Below, in pieces: positions 28,370-37,969 of a stretch of 64,000 nucleotides of DNA. The translations under genes were made by a program, and so were the position numbers. Below the pieces are notes generated by a model. That model was not told the origin of the DNA and did not search any database. It was given only the letters and a program-made list of their open reading frames with translations. Origin of the DNA: an uncultured Chloroflexia bacterium (lineage in GTDB: Bacteria; Chloroflexota; Limnocylindria; Limnocylindrales; CSP1-4); contig CAVPPB010000002.1 in NCBI GenBank assembly GCA_963707215.1, positions 128,001 through 192,000 of the forward strand. The letters are read 5' to 3'. Positions within the stretch are counted from its first letter, which is position 1. Each line of letters starts with the position of its first letter.

Positions 28370-30016
28370 TCAGGGTCGCGCCGCTCGGAGGTCCGGCGCC
28401 GTACCCGTCCGTCGCGTGCGGGGCGCCCGCCGCCCGACGAGGTACCAGGTCGGCATCGGGCCCTTGCCCTTGACCTCGATCAGCCCCCGGGGCTCCAGGA
28501 CGAAGCGGTCGCGGAGCCGGGCCTCGACGGCGCCGGTCACCTGGATCCGGCCGGGCACGCCGAGGGACTCCATCCGGCTGGCCAGGTTGACCGTGTCGCC
28601 CCAGACGTCGTAGATGAACTTCTTCGTCCCGATCACCCCGGCCACGACCGGCCCGCTGTGGAGGCCGATCCGGAAGCGGACGCCGAGCCTCGACGCGGTC
28701 TCGATGCCGGCGACCTGCTCGGCGAGGTCGAGGGCCATCTCGGCCATCCGCTGGGTGTGGTCGTCGGACCGCTCCGGGAGCCCGCCGACGACCATGTATG
28801 CGTCGCCGATGGTCTTCACCTTCTCCAGCCCGTACGTGTCGACGAGCTGGTCGAAGACGGTGAAGACCTCGTTCAGCACGGTGACGAGCTCGTCCGGCGT
28901 CATCTCGCTCGACATCCGGGTGAACTCGACGATGTCGGCGAAGAGCAGGGTGACGTCGTCGTAGCGATCGGCGATCAGGCCCTCGCCCTGCCGGAGCCGC
29001 TCGGCGATCGGCCCGGGCAGGATGTTGAGGAGGAGGCGCTCGTTCTCGCGGTGGAGCCGTTCGAGCTCACGGGCGGCCGTGATGTCGGTGCCGTAGACGT
29101 TGATGAAGCCGAACTCCGGGACGTCGATCGCCAGGAGCGAGTAGAGCCGGCCTCCGCTGGTGATCTCGACGGTCTCGGCTTCCTCCGTAGCGGCGGCGGC
29201 CAGGAGCGGCTCCAGCAGCTCCGGTACGAGCGTCCGCCCGAGGCTGCAGCCCAGGCCGTCGATGAGCAGGGCGCTGGCCGCGTTGGCGTAGACCAGGGCC
29301 CCCTGCCAGTCGATCCGGAAGACGGGGTGGGGATTCTGGTCCGGGAACTTGACGATCGCCTTCTGGGCCGTCACGTCGGTCGCGTAGACGTTGATCTGCT
29401 CGAGCTCGACCGACCGGACCGGGGTCAGGACGAAGGTCCGGCCGTCGCACAGGATCTCGATCGGCGCGTCCGCAGCGCCGGTCAGCCGGTCGAAGATGGC
29501 GGTGCGGATGGCATCGGGCAGCGGGTCGCCGACGCTCCGGCCCAGGTCGTCGAGCAGGCGCCGGCTGGCGGGGTTCCCGTAGAGGATCCGGCCATCTTCG
29601 GCTACCCGCAGGACCGGGTTCGGGTTCAGGTCCGGCAGCTTGTCGACGATCCTGGCCACGGTGACGTCGGTGCCGTAAACGTTGAAGAAGCCGAGCTCCG
29701 GGACGCCCACGGCGAGCAGAGCGTAGGTCCGGTCGCCGTACCGGTCCTCGTGGGGCCGGCCGGTGTCGACCTGCGACCGGAGCTCCTCGAGGGCTCCATG
29801 GGGGACCGCGCCGCCCACGGCGATGCCCCAGGTCTCGACGATCCGTCCGGCGGCCGGATTGGCGTACAGCAACCGCCCGTCCTCGGTGATCCGGAGCACC
29901 GGGTTCGGGTTCTGGTCCGGGAAGCGGTTGATGGCCTGGATCTGCTCGCCCGTTAGCGGCGGCGGCGTGGCGGCTGCCGGGGACGCTGGGGGGCGGCTTC
30001 CGCCGCGGGATCCCAT
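28370..30016 (-). CDS. Class III adenylate cyclase with three tandem PAS-like domains
   Basis: Three FPDQNPNPVLRI...YGTDVT-like repeats; LLLNILP S-helix; LFADIVEFT, EKVKTIGDAYM, YDVWGDTVNLASRMES (K/D pattern of ATP-specific enzymes). Confidence 0.93.
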   Translation of the reverse strand: MGSRGGSRPPASPAAATPPPLTGEQIQAINRFPDQNPNPVLRITEDGRLLYANPAAGRIVETWGIAVGGAVPHGALEELRSQVDTGRPHEDRYGDRTYALLAVGVPELGFFNVYGTDVTVARIVDKLPDLNPNPVLRVAEDGRILYGNPASRRLLDDLGRSVGDPLPDAIRTAIFDRLTGAADAPIEILCDGRTFVLTPVRSVELEQINVYATDVTAQKAIVKFPDQNPHPVFRIDWQGALVYANAASALLIDGLGCSLGRTLVPELLEPLLAAAATEEAETVEITSGGRLYSLLAIDVPEFGFINVYGTDITAARELERLHRENERLLLNILPGPIAERLRQGEGLIADRYDDVTLLFADIVEFTRMSSEMTPDELVTVLNEVFTVFDQLVDTYGLEKVKTIGDAYMVVGGLPERSDDHTQRMAEMALDLAEQVAGIETASRLGVRFRIGLHSGPVVAGVIGTKKFIYDVWGDTVNLASRMESLGVPGRIQVTGAVEARLRDRFVLEPRGLIEVKGKGPMPTWYLVGRRAPRTRRTGTAPDLRAARP

Positions 30017-30072
30017 CGACCCATCCTAGGCGAACCGCTGCCGGAGGGGAACCCCGGAGCGCCCGCCGATGA

Positions 30073-30540
30073 TCAGGCGCCGGCGAGTCGGTCGACGGCT
30101 TCCATCGCCTCGTCGAGTCCCCAGGCGAGCTTGCCGCTGGCGGCGACCGCTCCGGCCACGAAGAGATTCAGGCCCTCGCCGGGCGTGCCCCGTCGACGGA
30201 CGGCCCGCCAGTCGGTGACCAGGCCGACGATCCCCACGTAGCGACGGTCGCCCGACGAGACGAGCTCGGCGAAGAGACCCACCTCGCAGGCGGTGCCGTC
30301 ATCGATCGTCGGTCCGTCGAGCCATGCGAAGAGCAGCTCGGCGCTGCGCACACCGTCCGCGTCCACACGGAACACCTCGATCGGATCGAGGTCGATCGGA
30401 TCGTCCGAGAACTGCTCGTGGGGGACGAACACGTCGTGCCCGCGGGCTCGCAGGCGGGACGCGAGGTCATCGAGGAAGGTCCGGTCGGCCTCCGAGAAGA
30501 GCGGACCGGCGAGGTAGATCCGAAGCGACCGGCCGCTCAT
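30073..30540 (-). CDS. Nucleoside 2-deoxyribosyltransferase family protein
   Basis: IYLAGPLFS, VFVPHE, DG..IDDGTACEVG. Confidence 0.85.
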   Translation of the reverse strand: MSGRSLRIYLAGPLFSEADRTFLDDLASRLRARGHDVFVPHEQFSDDPIDLDPIEVFRVDADGVRSAELLFAWLDGPTIDDGTACEVGLFAELVSSGDRRYVGIVGLVTDWRAVRRRGTPGEGLNLFVAGAVAASGKLAWGLDEAMEAVDRLAGA

Positions 30541-31109
30541 CCGGTCGGCCCCGCGACGATCCGGGCCAGCTGGGCGAGATGGTTGTCGTCGTGCCAGGCA
30601 AGGACGGCGGTCCAGTCATCGAAGGTGAGCCGCCCGTAGAGGGGATGGATGCTGCCGCGGGCCCACTGCCCGGCGCCCAGCCGATCGAGGAAGGCCAGTG
30701 TCCGGACCCGGTTGCGGGTGAATGCTGTGATGGACTCCGCGGGATCGTCACGGCCGTACTGACGATCCTGGGCCCAGCGCTCCGGATCGAACAGCCAGGC
30801 CCCGTCCTCGATCAGCCCCCAGGCGACCGGGTCGACCGGCATGCCGGCAGCCGGAACGGACGGATCGGCCATCCGGAGCATCATCCGGAAGCGGACGAGG
30901 GAGAACTCCTCGATGTCGCGGACGTGGCCGATGACGTGGACGGCCGCCCAGCCTTCGGCCGGCGATGGCGTCGTGAGATCGGCCTCGGACCGTCCCTCGA
31001 CCTGCGCCGCGAGGTCGGCGGGTGTCGAGGCCATCCGGGCCAGACGGTCGCGGCGCGGCCGGCGCGCCCAGGCGGCGATCGCATCAGGCAGTCGGTTCGT
31101 ATCGTCCAT
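30537..31109 (-). CDS. DinB family protein
   Basis: W...HVIGHVRDIE and HDDNHLAQ His motifs; ATGA overlap with the NDT gene. Confidence 0.85.
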   Translation of the reverse strand: MDDTNRLPDAIAAWARRPRRDRLARMASTPADLAAQVEGRSEADLTTPSPAEGWAAVHVIGHVRDIEEFSLVRFRMMLRMADPSVPAAGMPVDPVAWGLIEDGAWLFDPERWAQDRQYGRDDPAESITAFTRNRVRTLAFLDRLGAGQWARGSIHPLYGRLTFDDWTAVLAWHDDNHLAQLARIVAGPTG

Positions 31110-31323
31110 CGGGACAGCCTACCTATCCGACGGTCGACCGCGCTGGCTTGGCTGGGTCGGTTCGGATCGCGGTTGACAGTACGGGCGCATCGTGCCGAAC
31201 ATGGCCGTCCGGACGGGAGACCTGACGCGCGCGTCCCAGCGTCGGCCACCCAGACCGAGCGGACCGAACGACGAAACCGCCCGTCGGCAGGCCGTCGAGC
31301 GTCGACGGCGAAGGAGGCGCGTC

Positions 31324-31572
31324 GTGCCGAAGTCCATGGACGTCCACACCGGCATGAAGGGGGTCACCCCGGATCAGTTGCGCGAGGCGCACGAGGCGGA
31401 TCTCGCGATCCAGGGCGAGGAGGGCGTGGACTTCCAGCATGCCTGGGCCGATCCCGTGTCTGGCCTGGTCTGGTGCGTCTCCGAAGCCCCCGACGCCGAT
31501 GCCGTGCGGCGTATCCACGAGCGGGCCGGCCATCCGGCAGCCGAGGTCTACCCGGTCCCGGTCGAGGCCTGA
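31324..31572 (+). CDS. SCO4226/DUF4242 family (nickel-binding) small protein
   Basis: MPKSMDVH..AHEADLAIQGEEGV...CVSEAPDADAVRRIHERAGHPA; AAGGAGG RBS. Confidence 0.88.
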   Translation: MPKSMDVHTGMKGVTPDQLREAHEADLAIQGEEGVDFQHAWADPVSGLVWCVSEAPDADAVRRIHERAGHPAAEVYPVPVEA

Positions 31573-31673
31573 CCTCGAGCACCGTCGGGCGGGGCCGGCG
31601 AACCCCCGATCCATCGGCAGCGCGCGAGCGCAGGATCCGACCCGGCCGTCGGGTCTGACCGCAGGTATGGGCC

Positions 31674-33878
31674 TCAGCCGCCCGCGGCAGCCGCCGCGGC
31701 CGTGCGGACAGCCTCGCTCACGACCGCGGTCCCGCCGAGAACGACCACCTTCGATGGCTTGAGGCGGGCGAGTTCGGTCGCCGTCGCGGACGGGAGGGTC
31801 GTCCGACCGACCAGCAGCACCGGACCACCGGCCCGTGCCGCAGCGACGGTCCCGGCCAGGGCATCGGGGAAGTCGAGCCCGGTGGCGAGGTAGGCGACCG
31901 GAGCTCCGGATGGGAAGGCGGCCCGGCTGATGGCCGCCGCGGTCGCGTAGCGATCGCCGCCGGCGAGACGGGACGAGGCGACGCCGCCCGCGGCAGCCGC
32001 CGCGGCCGTGCGGACAGCCTCGCTCACGACCGCGGTCCCGCCGAGAACGACCACCTTCGATGGCTTGAGGCGGGCGAGTTCGGTCGCCGTCGCGGACGGG
32101 AGGGTCGTCCGACCGACCAGCAGCACCGGACCACCGGCCCGTGCCGCAGCGACGGTCCCGGCCAGGGCATCGGGGAAGTCGAGCCCGGTGGCGAGGTAGG
32201 CGACCGGAGCTCCGGATGGGAAGGCGGCCCGGCTGATGGCCGCCGCGGTCGCGTAGCGATCGCCGCCGGCGAGACGGGACGAGGCGACGCCGCCCGCGGC
32301 AGCCGCCGCGGCCGTGCGGACAGCCTCGCTCACGACCGCGGTCCCGCCGAGAACGACCACCTTCGATGGCTTGAGGCGGGCGAGTTCGGTCGCCGTCGCG
32401 GACGGGAGGGTCGTCCGACCGACCAGCAGCACCGGACCACCGGCCCGTGCCGCAGCGACGGTCCCGGCCAGGGCATCGGGGAAGTCGAGCCCGGTGGCGA
32501 GGTAGGCGACCGGAGCTCCGGATGGGAAGGCGGCCCGGCTGATGGCCGCCGCGGTCGCGTAGCGATCGCCGCCGGCGAGACGGGACGAGGCGACGCTCGG
32601 GTCAGGAAGCATCGAGCCGTCGTCGAGTGGGATGCCCCAGCTACCCAGGACGGCATCACGCTGGGTCCGGCTCAGGTAGACAGCACCCTCTTCTCCCGGC
32701 GTTCCGTTGTACGCGCCGAGCGTGCTGCGGCCCCCCGACCATTCGAAGCGGTACGAGGAGGGCTCCGGGGCTCCGATCCAGTAGCGGCCGCCATAGCCCC
32801 GGTTGCCGTTCGCGGCGGCGAACAGGGTTCCACCGTGGTCGTCGTACCAACCGGCGACACGATCCGCGCTGCTGCTGATGACGATGTTGTCGTGGACGAC
32901 ATTGTGGTCGTGCGGTTGGAGCTGTCGGGCCTGGCTGATCACGCTGATACCGCGCCCGTTCCAGGCCACGACGTTGTCCCGGACCTCGGCCCCGTCCGAC
33001 GAGCTGATGGTGATGCCTGCCCCGTAGCCCCAGGCGACGAACGACCAGCCGTTCTCCCAGACCGCGTTGTCGTGGATCTGCGCGCCACGACTGATCTCGA
33101 AGAAGATGCCCTCCCGGTCATTGTGGTGGACTCGGTTCTCGCGAACGATGGCGTTCTGGACGTCGTTGTCGAACCAGATCCCTGGGCCGCGGTTGTGGTC
33201 GACCTCGTTCCCCTCGAACGTGACCCTCTGGCTGGCCATGACCTTGCCGCCGCCCGCCTCGACCATCCGGTCGAACCGAAGTGCCATGTTGTTGTGGTGG
33301 ATGCGGTTCCGGGCGAACAGGGTGTCCGAGACCCCGTTGGCGAAGTAGCCTTCCTTGCCGCACCCGGTGAGCTCGCTATCAAGGATCCGATGGCCGGTCC
33401 CGCCATTGAGCGATACGCAGATCGTGGCGCTGTCGCGGGCGATGCCGTCGCGGAAGGTGAACCGGGAGACGCCGGTCGTCCAGACGGCGCCCTTGTGGGT
33501 CTCGCTGCTCACCCTTGTCACGGTGAGCCCGTTGACGGTCACGTCGTTGGCCGTGATCGCCAACCCGAGCGAGCGGGTGTTCTCGCCGTCGATCGTGGCC
33601 CCATGGGCATTCACCGTCAGCGGCTTGGAGATGGTCACGGTCTCGCGGTAGACGCACGCCGGCACCGTGATGGTCCCGCCACTCGGAGCGGCGCTGACCA
33701 GGGCCTGGAATGAGGGACACGCGGCGAGGGCCGGGGCCATGGTGGCCTCGCCCGGTCCGCCGGGGACCCACGATGCGAGGCTGACCCCCATCGCGGTCAC
33801 CAGGCCTAGCACGGCGAAGGCTCCGCGGCGAGCGCGGCTGCGACGGGAGGCGTCGAGCGGCAAGGAAGTGGCGGACAT
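31674..33878 (-). CDS. Secreted right-handed beta-helix protein with three C-terminal cell-wall-binding-2 (CWB2) repeats
   Basis: N-terminal signal/TM; beta-helix motifs (NRGPGIWFD, NDREGIFFEIS); 3x RLAGGDRYATAAAIS..ATGLDFPDALAG..GPVLLV..LGGTAVVS. Confidence 0.9.
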   Translation of the reverse strand: MSATSLPLDASRRSRARRGAFAVLGLVTAMGVSLASWVPGGPGEATMAPALAACPSFQALVSAAPSGGTITVPACVYRETVTISKPLTVNAHGATIDGENTRSLGLAITANDVTVNGLTVTRVSSETHKGAVWTTGVSRFTFRDGIARDSATICVSLNGGTGHRILDSELTGCGKEGYFANGVSDTLFARNRIHHNNMALRFDRMVEAGGGKVMASQRVTFEGNEVDHNRGPGIWFDNDVQNAIVRENRVHHNDREGIFFEISRGAQIHDNAVWENGWSFVAWGYGAGITISSSDGAEVRDNVVAWNGRGISVISQARQLQPHDHNVVHDNIVISSSADRVAGWYDDHGGTLFAAANGNRGYGGRYWIGAPEPSSYRFEWSGGRSTLGAYNGTPGEEGAVYLSRTQRDAVLGSWGIPLDDGSMLPDPSVASSRLAGGDRYATAAAISRAAFPSGAPVAYLATGLDFPDALAGTVAAARAGGPVLLVGRTTLPSATATELARLKPSKVVVLGGTAVVSEAVRTAAAAAAGGVASSRLAGGDRYATAAAISRAAFPSGAPVAYLATGLDFPDALAGTVAAARAGGPVLLVGRTTLPSATATELARLKPSKVVVLGGTAVVSEAVRTAAAAAAGGVASSRLAGGDRYATAAAISRAAFPSGAPVAYLATGLDFPDALAGTVAAARAGGPVLLVGRTTLPSATATELARLKPSKVVVLGGTAVVSEAVRTAAAAAAGG
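31677..32594 (-). repeat. Three identical 306-bp tandem repeats (CWB2-coding)
   Basis: Units start at 31677, 31983 and 32289; no mismatches seen by eye. Confidence 0.92.
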
Positions 33879-34035
33879 CGCGCTCCCATCGAGGCGCCGA
33901 CCGACGTTGGGAGGGCGTCGACCGGCGGGGTGGACTCACCGGCAAGGCTAACCCAGATCGTGTTTCGCGGGCCCCGACGAGGGCCGCTGGGACGAGGGAC
34001 CCCGCCGACGGACCCGACCGCGGCATACTCCCGTC

Positions 34036-35373
34036 GTGGTCCGACGGCTGGTCGGTGGCTCGCCGCTTCAGCGACTTCGGGCGCTGCGTGCCGAATTCGA
34101 CCGCGCCGTCTGGGTCCTCGCATTCGGCGACCTCGTCGCGAGCTTCGGCTTCAGCCTGATCTTCCCGTTCCTGACGATCTACCTCACCGCCGAGCTGGGT
34201 GGATCGGCCGCCCAGGCTGGTCTGATCCTGGGGCTCTACTCGATCGTCTCGATCGGCTCGAACGCCGTCGGCGGCTGGCTCGCCGACCGGGTCGGCCGCA
34301 AGGCCGTGATGGTCGTCTCGATCACGCTCACCGCGATCGTCATCGCGATGATGGGCATGGTCCGCGACCTTGCCTGGGTGGCGGCCCTCACGCTGGTCCT
34401 CGGGCTGGTGGATCCTCCGTTCATCCCGGCTGCCAGGGCCGCCGTGGCCGACGTGGTGCCGGAGCCGAGGCGACCGAGAGCCTATGGCCTGCTGGGAGTG
34501 GCGGCCAGCATCGGCTGGATCGCCGGGCCGTCCGTGGGTGCCGGGCTCTCGGGGCTGGGCTATGGCCTCCTGTTCGTGGCCTCGGGAATCATCGTCGGCG
34601 CCTATGCAGTCATCCTGATCGTTGCCTTCCGGGAGACCAGGCCGGGACCGGTGGGAGCGTCGATCTCCGCCGCGGGGGTCGAACCGGCTCCGGTCGATGC
34701 TGCCTCCGCCCGCGTCACCGCCGATCCGCCGGCCACCGCCGGGGCGCACCCGCCGGCCCCGCCCGGAGGGCTGAGCAGCGAGCGCCTGCTCATCTTCGGG
34801 GTCTTCCTGCTGCTCGCCGTGGCGATCCATGCGACGGCGTTCCAGTGGGTCGTCACCCTGCCGATCCACGCCTACGCCGATCTAGGGCTCTCGACCGCTA
34901 CCTGGGGTCTTCTGTTCGCTGTCAACGGGGTCCTGATCCTGCTCTTCCAGCTGCGGATCACGAGCGCCGCCGAGACCCGCAACCGTCCGCGGTTCATGGC
35001 CGTGGGCGCCCTCTGGTATGCGCTCGGCTATCTCCTCGTCGCGCTCATCCCGGGAGCCGCGATCGCTGCGCCGGCACTCGCCGCCACGGTCGTCCTGGTG
35101 ACCATCGGCGAGATGTGCATCTACCCGATCGAACCGTCCTTCGTCTCCGAGCTGTCGCCGCCCTCGCAGCGCGGTCGTGATCAGGGTCTGCTCGGCGCGG
35201 CGATGGGCCTTGGGACGGCGATCGGCCCGGTGGTCGGCGGCGTGGTCCTCGACGCGGCGCCCGGACCGGGTCTCTGGCTCGGCACCGCCGGGGTATGCGC
35301 AGTCACGGCCGCCGGCTTGTGGTGGCTCGGCGGCCGCGTGGTGCGGATCCGCCCCCTCTCGATCGCCGCGTGA
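34036..35373 (+). CDS. MFS transporter (MdtH/DHA1-like)
   Basis: PFLTIYL, GGWLADRVGRK motif A, 12 hydrophobic segments. Confidence 0.88.
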   Translation: MVRRLVGGSPLQRLRALRAEFDRAVWVLAFGDLVASFGFSLIFPFLTIYLTAELGGSAAQAGLILGLYSIVSIGSNAVGGWLADRVGRKAVMVVSITLTAIVIAMMGMVRDLAWVAALTLVLGLVDPPFIPAARAAVADVVPEPRRPRAYGLLGVAASIGWIAGPSVGAGLSGLGYGLLFVASGIIVGAYAVILIVAFRETRPGPVGASISAAGVEPAPVDAASARVTADPPATAGAHPPAPPGGLSSERLLIFGVFLLLAVAIHATAFQWVVTLPIHAYADLGLSTATWGLLFAVNGVLILLFQLRITSAAETRNRPRFMAVGALWYALGYLLVALIPGAAIAAPALAATVVLVTIGEMCIYPIEPSFVSELSPPSQRGRDQGLLGAAMGLGTAIGPVVGGVVLDAAPGPGLWLGTAGVCAVTAAGLWWLGGRVVRIRPLSIAA

Positions 35374-35443
35374 CGTCGCCGCGCTGGCGTCGACCGCGCC
35401 CGTAACGCGTCCGTCGGCCTGGGCGCCTGCTAGCGTACGGGGC

Positions 35444-36241
35444 ATGACCGAGACGACCGGACCGAAGCCTCCAGCCGGTTCCCGCTCGGCACGCGGCCAC
35501 TCGGTCTGGGTCCCCCGCCAGCACGGCGCCTGGGCGATGCTCGCCCTGCCGCTCCTGCTGGGTGTCGCGGCGAGCCGTCCCGACGCCTGGCAGGTCGTCC
35601 TCGCCGGCGCGGCTCTCTCCGCGTATCTCGGCTCCGCGGCGTTCCAGGCCTGGTCCCGTGCCCGCCGGCCGCCGGAGTACCGTGTCCCGATCCTGGTCTA
35701 CGGCGTGACGTTCGTCGTGCTGGGCGGTCTGCTGGTCCTCGCCTGGCCAGCCCTGCTCCTGGCCGGGCTCGTGGTGGTGCCGGCCGGGCTGGTCGTCTTC
35801 GGCGGAGCCCGACCGGGGACCCGGCGCGACCTCGCCAACAGCTTCGCCCAGGTCGCCCAGGCGCTCGTCCTGGTGCCGGCGACGGCCTATGTCTCTGGGG
35901 CGTTCGAGTCCGAGCGGGTCGCGGCCTACCTCGCCGTGGCTGCCGCGTACCTGATCGGGACCGTCCTCGTCGTCCGTTCCGTGCTCCGCGAGCGGGGCAA
36001 CGACCGGTTCGCCGCGATCTCCGTCGGCTTCCATCTCGCGACCGTCGTCGGGGCCGTCCTCTTCCTGCCCTGGCCGTACACGGTCGTCGCTGCAGGGTTG
36101 ACCGCCCGGGCCGTCGCCTTGCCGGTCGTCCAGCGCCGACGCGCTGGGACCCCGAGCCCGCTCCGCCCGGTCCAGGTGGGGATCGTCGAGATCGCCGCCT
36201 CGGCCGCCGTCGTGCTGGTCTCGTTCCTGGTCCCTCTCTAG
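35444..36241 (+). CDS. YwiC-like membrane protein
   Basis: WVPRQHGAWAML signature, GTVLVVRSVLRER, VGIVE. Confidence 0.85.
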   Translation: MTETTGPKPPAGSRSARGHSVWVPRQHGAWAMLALPLLLGVAASRPDAWQVVLAGAALSAYLGSAAFQAWSRARRPPEYRVPILVYGVTFVVLGGLLVLAWPALLLAGLVVVPAGLVVFGGARPGTRRDLANSFAQVAQALVLVPATAYVSGAFESERVAAYLAVAAAYLIGTVLVVRSVLRERGNDRFAAISVGFHLATVVGAVLFLPWPYTVVAAGLTARAVALPVVQRRRAGTPSPLRPVQVGIVEIAASAAVVLVSFLVPL

Positions 36242-36291
36242 GTCCGCCCGGCCCCACGGCAGCAGCGGGGCACGGTCGTCGACCGCGACCC

Positions 36292-36987
36292 TCAGAGATC
36301 GGCGACGTCGACGATGCCGCGGCGGACCGCGAACTTGAGCAGGTCGATCCGGTCGTGGAGGTCGAGCTTCTCCATGACCGATGCCCGGTAGTTGTGGATC
36401 GTCTGCTCGCTCAGGTGGAAGACCTTGGCGATCTCGCGGTTGGTGTGGCCGACGGCGGCGAGGAGGAGGACCTCCTTCTCGCGCTCGGTCAGGGTGTCGT
36501 AGGCGTCCTCGATCGGGGCGCCCGGGGTCCGCAGGACGTAGGTGTTGACCATCCGGGTCACGATCGCCGGGGACACGTAGGTCTCGCCCCGGGCGACGCA
36601 GCGGAGGGCAGCGACGATGTCGGCGGCCTGGGCCTCGCGGGTCAGGTAGCCGTCGGCCCCGGCCTTGAGGGCGAGGCTGAACTGCTCGCTCCCGCAGCGG
36701 CACTCGAGGGCGATGATCCGGACGGCCGGCTTGAGCGAGCGGATCGTCTCGATCGACTCGAAGCTCGCGCAGCCGGCGGCGGTGATCGGCTGGCACTCGG
36801 TGATGACGACATCGGTCGCGATCGTCTCGATCGCCGCCCGCAGGCCCTCGCGCTCGACGACCTCGCCGACGACCGCCATCCCGGGCTCGGCGTCGATGAC
36901 GCTGCGCAGCCCGGTCGTGAGCATCGGGAAGTCGAAGACCGCCAGGAGCACCCGGAGCCGATCGCCGACGGGCGCGGACCCGTTCAT
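36292..36987 (-). CDS. Atypical NarL/LuxR response regulator, Cys-rich pseudo-receiver (copy 2)
   Basis: REC-like N-terminus plus LTEREKEVL..GHTNREIA..SEQTIHNYRASVMEKL HTH; alternative GTG start at 37005. Confidence 0.9.
   Translation of the reverse strand: MNGSAPVGDRLRVLLAVFDFPMLTTGLRSVIDAEPGMAVVGEVVEREGLRAAIETIATDVVITECQPITAAGCASFESIETIRSLKPAVRIIALECRCGSEQFSLALKAGADGYLTREAQAADIVAALRCVARGETYVSPAIVTRMVNTYVLRTPGAPIEDAYDTLTEREKEVLLLAAVGHTNREIAKVFHLSEQTIHNYRASVMEKLDLHDRIDLLKFAVRRGIVDVADL
36428..36985. repeat. 558-bp direct repeat, copy A (identical to 40919-41476)
   Basis: Both ends match at a constant offset of 4491; translations identical across the block. Confidence 0.92.
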
Positions 36988-37219
36988 AACGTCACCACCG
37001 TTCACCGAGGGTCATCGGCCACGACGACCCGCGGGACGCAACGCAACTATCCGTCGACGCCCGTGGTGTCCGGATGGGCCATCCGTCCCGGTGGGCGGGC
37101 ACGCCGGCCCGGCTCCCGCGGGTCGCTCGTACCGCCCGACCCTGCCGAGTGGGCCCGTGCCGCGTGGGCAGCGTGCTCGACCTGGGACGGCCGGCAACGG
37201 TCCCGGAAGCAGGTGCGCC

Positions 37220-37969
37220 CTACTGCGACGCGATCGTCTCGCTGTGGCAGAAGGCGCACATCCCCTCGCGACGGGCCAGCTCGTGCGGTGCCTCGGGTGC
37301 CTCGTCGACCGTGCCATGGCAGGAGATGCACGTCTCGTCGGTCCAGCCGTCGTGGCTGGCCGGCAGCGCACCCGCCTCACCGGGATCGTGGCAGTCGGTG
37401 CACGGTTGGTCCGGTGAGAGCCGGTGGAGGAAGTGCGGCTCCTGGAAGGACACCGACTGGTGGCAGACGAAGCACGCCGACTCGGGGCGCTCCGCCATGG
37501 CCGGCGGCAACGGGGCGCTGCTGCCGTGGCAGTCGAGGCAGTCCTGGCTCTGCGTCGGAGGGTGCGGGCGCGAGGGCGCGAGGGCGGTGCTCTCCTTGTG
37601 GCACGAGAGGCACTGCTCGGCATGGATGCCGTCGTGGCCCGGGGCCGTCTGGACCAGCCGCTGCGGGGAGTGGCATTCGGTGCAATCGTCCCAGCCCTCG
37701 AGTGGGTGGGCCAGGGGCGGAACGGGGTTCGTCCCGATCGTCCCGTCGGCGGTCATGTGGCAGCCGAGGCAGTCGTCGCCGAGGGCCATCGACAGGTCGC
37801 CGCCCATCAGGGGGAGCGACGGCTTTGGGCTCGGCGAGGCCTCCGCATCGATGTAGCCGCCCGGGTCGCGCAGCCCGAAGGCCACGATCGCGATCGTGGC
37901 CAGGATCGCCAGGAAGCCGAACCAGGCCCCGACGGCCAGCCAGCGGGAGTGCCGTCGGACGAAGGCCAT
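37220..37969 (-). CDS. Membrane-anchored octaheme cytochrome c
   Basis: N-terminal TM; CLGCH, CTECH, CLSCH, CLDCH, CFVCH, CTDCH, CISCH, CAFCH in 249 aa; start overlaps the nrfD stop. Confidence 0.93.
   Translation of the reverse strand: MAFVRRHSRWLAVGAWFGFLAILATIAIVAFGLRDPGGYIDAEASPSPKPSLPLMGGDLSMALGDDCLGCHMTADGTIGTNPVPPLAHPLEGWDDCTECHSPQRLVQTAPGHDGIHAEQCLSCHKESTALAPSRPHPPTQSQDCLDCHGSSAPLPPAMAERPESACFVCHQSVSFQEPHFLHRLSPDQPCTDCHDPGEAGALPASHDGWTDETCISCHGTVDEAPEAPHELARREGMCAFCHSETIASQ

Noticed and set aside
31677-32594. Tandem repeats as a CRISPR array or mobile element
   Set aside because: Units are 306 bp, contiguous, spacer-less and in frame within a CDS.
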